From an uncultured delta proteobacterium (GTDB lineage Bacteria > Myxococcota > UBA727 > VGSZ01): a DNA stretch of 64,000 nucleotides. Numbering within the stretch: the stretch's first letter is position 1; each line of letters begins with the position of its first letter. Positions 63,384-64,000 of the stretch are shown piece after piece. The notes beneath the pieces are model-generated. The model was given only the letters and a program-made list of their open reading frames with translations. It was not told the origin of the DNA and searched no databases. The position numbers and the translations under genes are program-made. The stretch covers positions 64,001-128,000 of the forward strand of contig CAVZJB010000016.1 of the NCBI GenBank assembly GCA_963775425.1, read 5' to 3'.

Positions 63384-64000
63384 ATGCACAGCGAGGGAGC
63401 CACGGTCGTCGTCGTCGGGGCCGGTCACGTCGGGAGCGCGTTCGCCTTCGCCCTCCTGCGCAGCCGGCTGGTCGAGCGCCTCGTGCTCACGGACGCGGAG
63501 CTGCCGCGGGCGCAGGGCGAGGCCATGGACCTCGCGCACGCGGTCCCGTTCGGCCCGCCCATCGAGGTCGAGGCCGTGCCGCTCGACGCCGTCCCCCGGG
63601 CCGACGTCACCGTCGTCACGGCGGGCGTGGCGCAGCGCCCGGGGGAGACGCGCGTGGCGCTCGCCAGGCGAAACGCCGGCATCCTCAGGGGCATCGCGCG
63701 CGGCGTCGCGGACAAGAGCCCCGACGGCATCATCATCGTCGCCACCAACCCGGTCGACGCGATGACGTGGCTGTTGTGGAAGGAGACCGGCCTGTCGCCG
63801 CGCGCGGTGTTCGGCTCCGGCACCGTCCTCGACTCCGCTCGCTTTCGCTCCATGCTGTCGGCCCACGCCGGCGTGGACGCGCGCAGCATCCACGCGCACA
63901 TCGTGGGCGAGCACGGCGACAGCGAGGTGCCCCTGTGGTCGCTCGCCACCGTGGGCGGCGCGCCGTTCTCGGCGTTTTGCGAGGAGCGCGGCGCCGCGTG
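63384..64000 (+). CDS. ldh: L-lactate dehydrogenase (3' truncated by window edge; absent from ORF track)
   Basis: Manual translation: VVVVGAGHVG...GEAMDLAH...TAGVAQRPGETR...ATNPVD...GSGTVLDSARFR...GEHGDSE. Gln at the specificity position indicates LDH rather than MDH. Confidence 0.93.
   Translation, partial: MHSEGATVVVVGAGHVGSAFAFALLRSRLVERLVLTDAELPRAQGEAMDLAHAVPFGPPIEVEAVPLDAVPRADVTVVTAGVAQRPGETRVALARRNAGILRGIARGVADKSPDGIIIVATNPVDAMTWLLWKETGLSPRAVFGSGTVLDSARFRSMLSAHAGVDARSIHAHIVGEHGDSEVPLWSLATVGGAPFSAFCEERGAA

Noticed and set aside
63384-64000. Malate dehydrogenase
   Set aside because: The specificity loop reads AQRPGETR (Gln, LDH-type), not the Arg of MDH.

Overview
A very high-GC, gene-dense chromosomal segment. 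The gene content (PEGA/TPR proteins, Ser/Thr kinase, FHA and PP2C proteins, Cys-rich lipoproteins, an AfGcHK-like globin kinase) points to a Myxococcota/deltaproteobacterial host; that assignment is inference. About 1-38 kb is mostly core or myxobacterial signalling genes: purA, a class III adenylate cyclase, thiolase, recG, greA, rhomboid, maf-yggS-proC-divIVA-yggU, a giant TPR protein, PhoD, GDPD and a DEAD-box helicase. This stretch also holds a type IV (AbiEii) toxin-antitoxin pair with a visible inverted-repeat operator, an orphan harpin-like Gly-rich gene behind a sigma28-like -10 box, and a frameshifted DoxX-like gene. 39-44 kb is an operon of one vWA lipoprotein followed by three paralogous, very Cys-rich lipoproteins. 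44-64 kb is the strongest candidate for an undescribed system, a putative O2-sensing anoxia-survival module. It contains a globin-PAS histidine kinase, a sigma54 activator, two USPs, a CBS protein, a second NtrC-like regulator that has lost GAFTGA, further two-component genes, and a complete N-type ATPase operon (atpDCQRBEFAG) transcribed divergently from an L-lactate dehydrogenase. Sigma54-like -24/-12 boxes lie in front of four of these units. I saw no rRNA, tRNA, CRISPR array, integrase or transposase. All product calls come from motif recognition by eye; no database searches were run.
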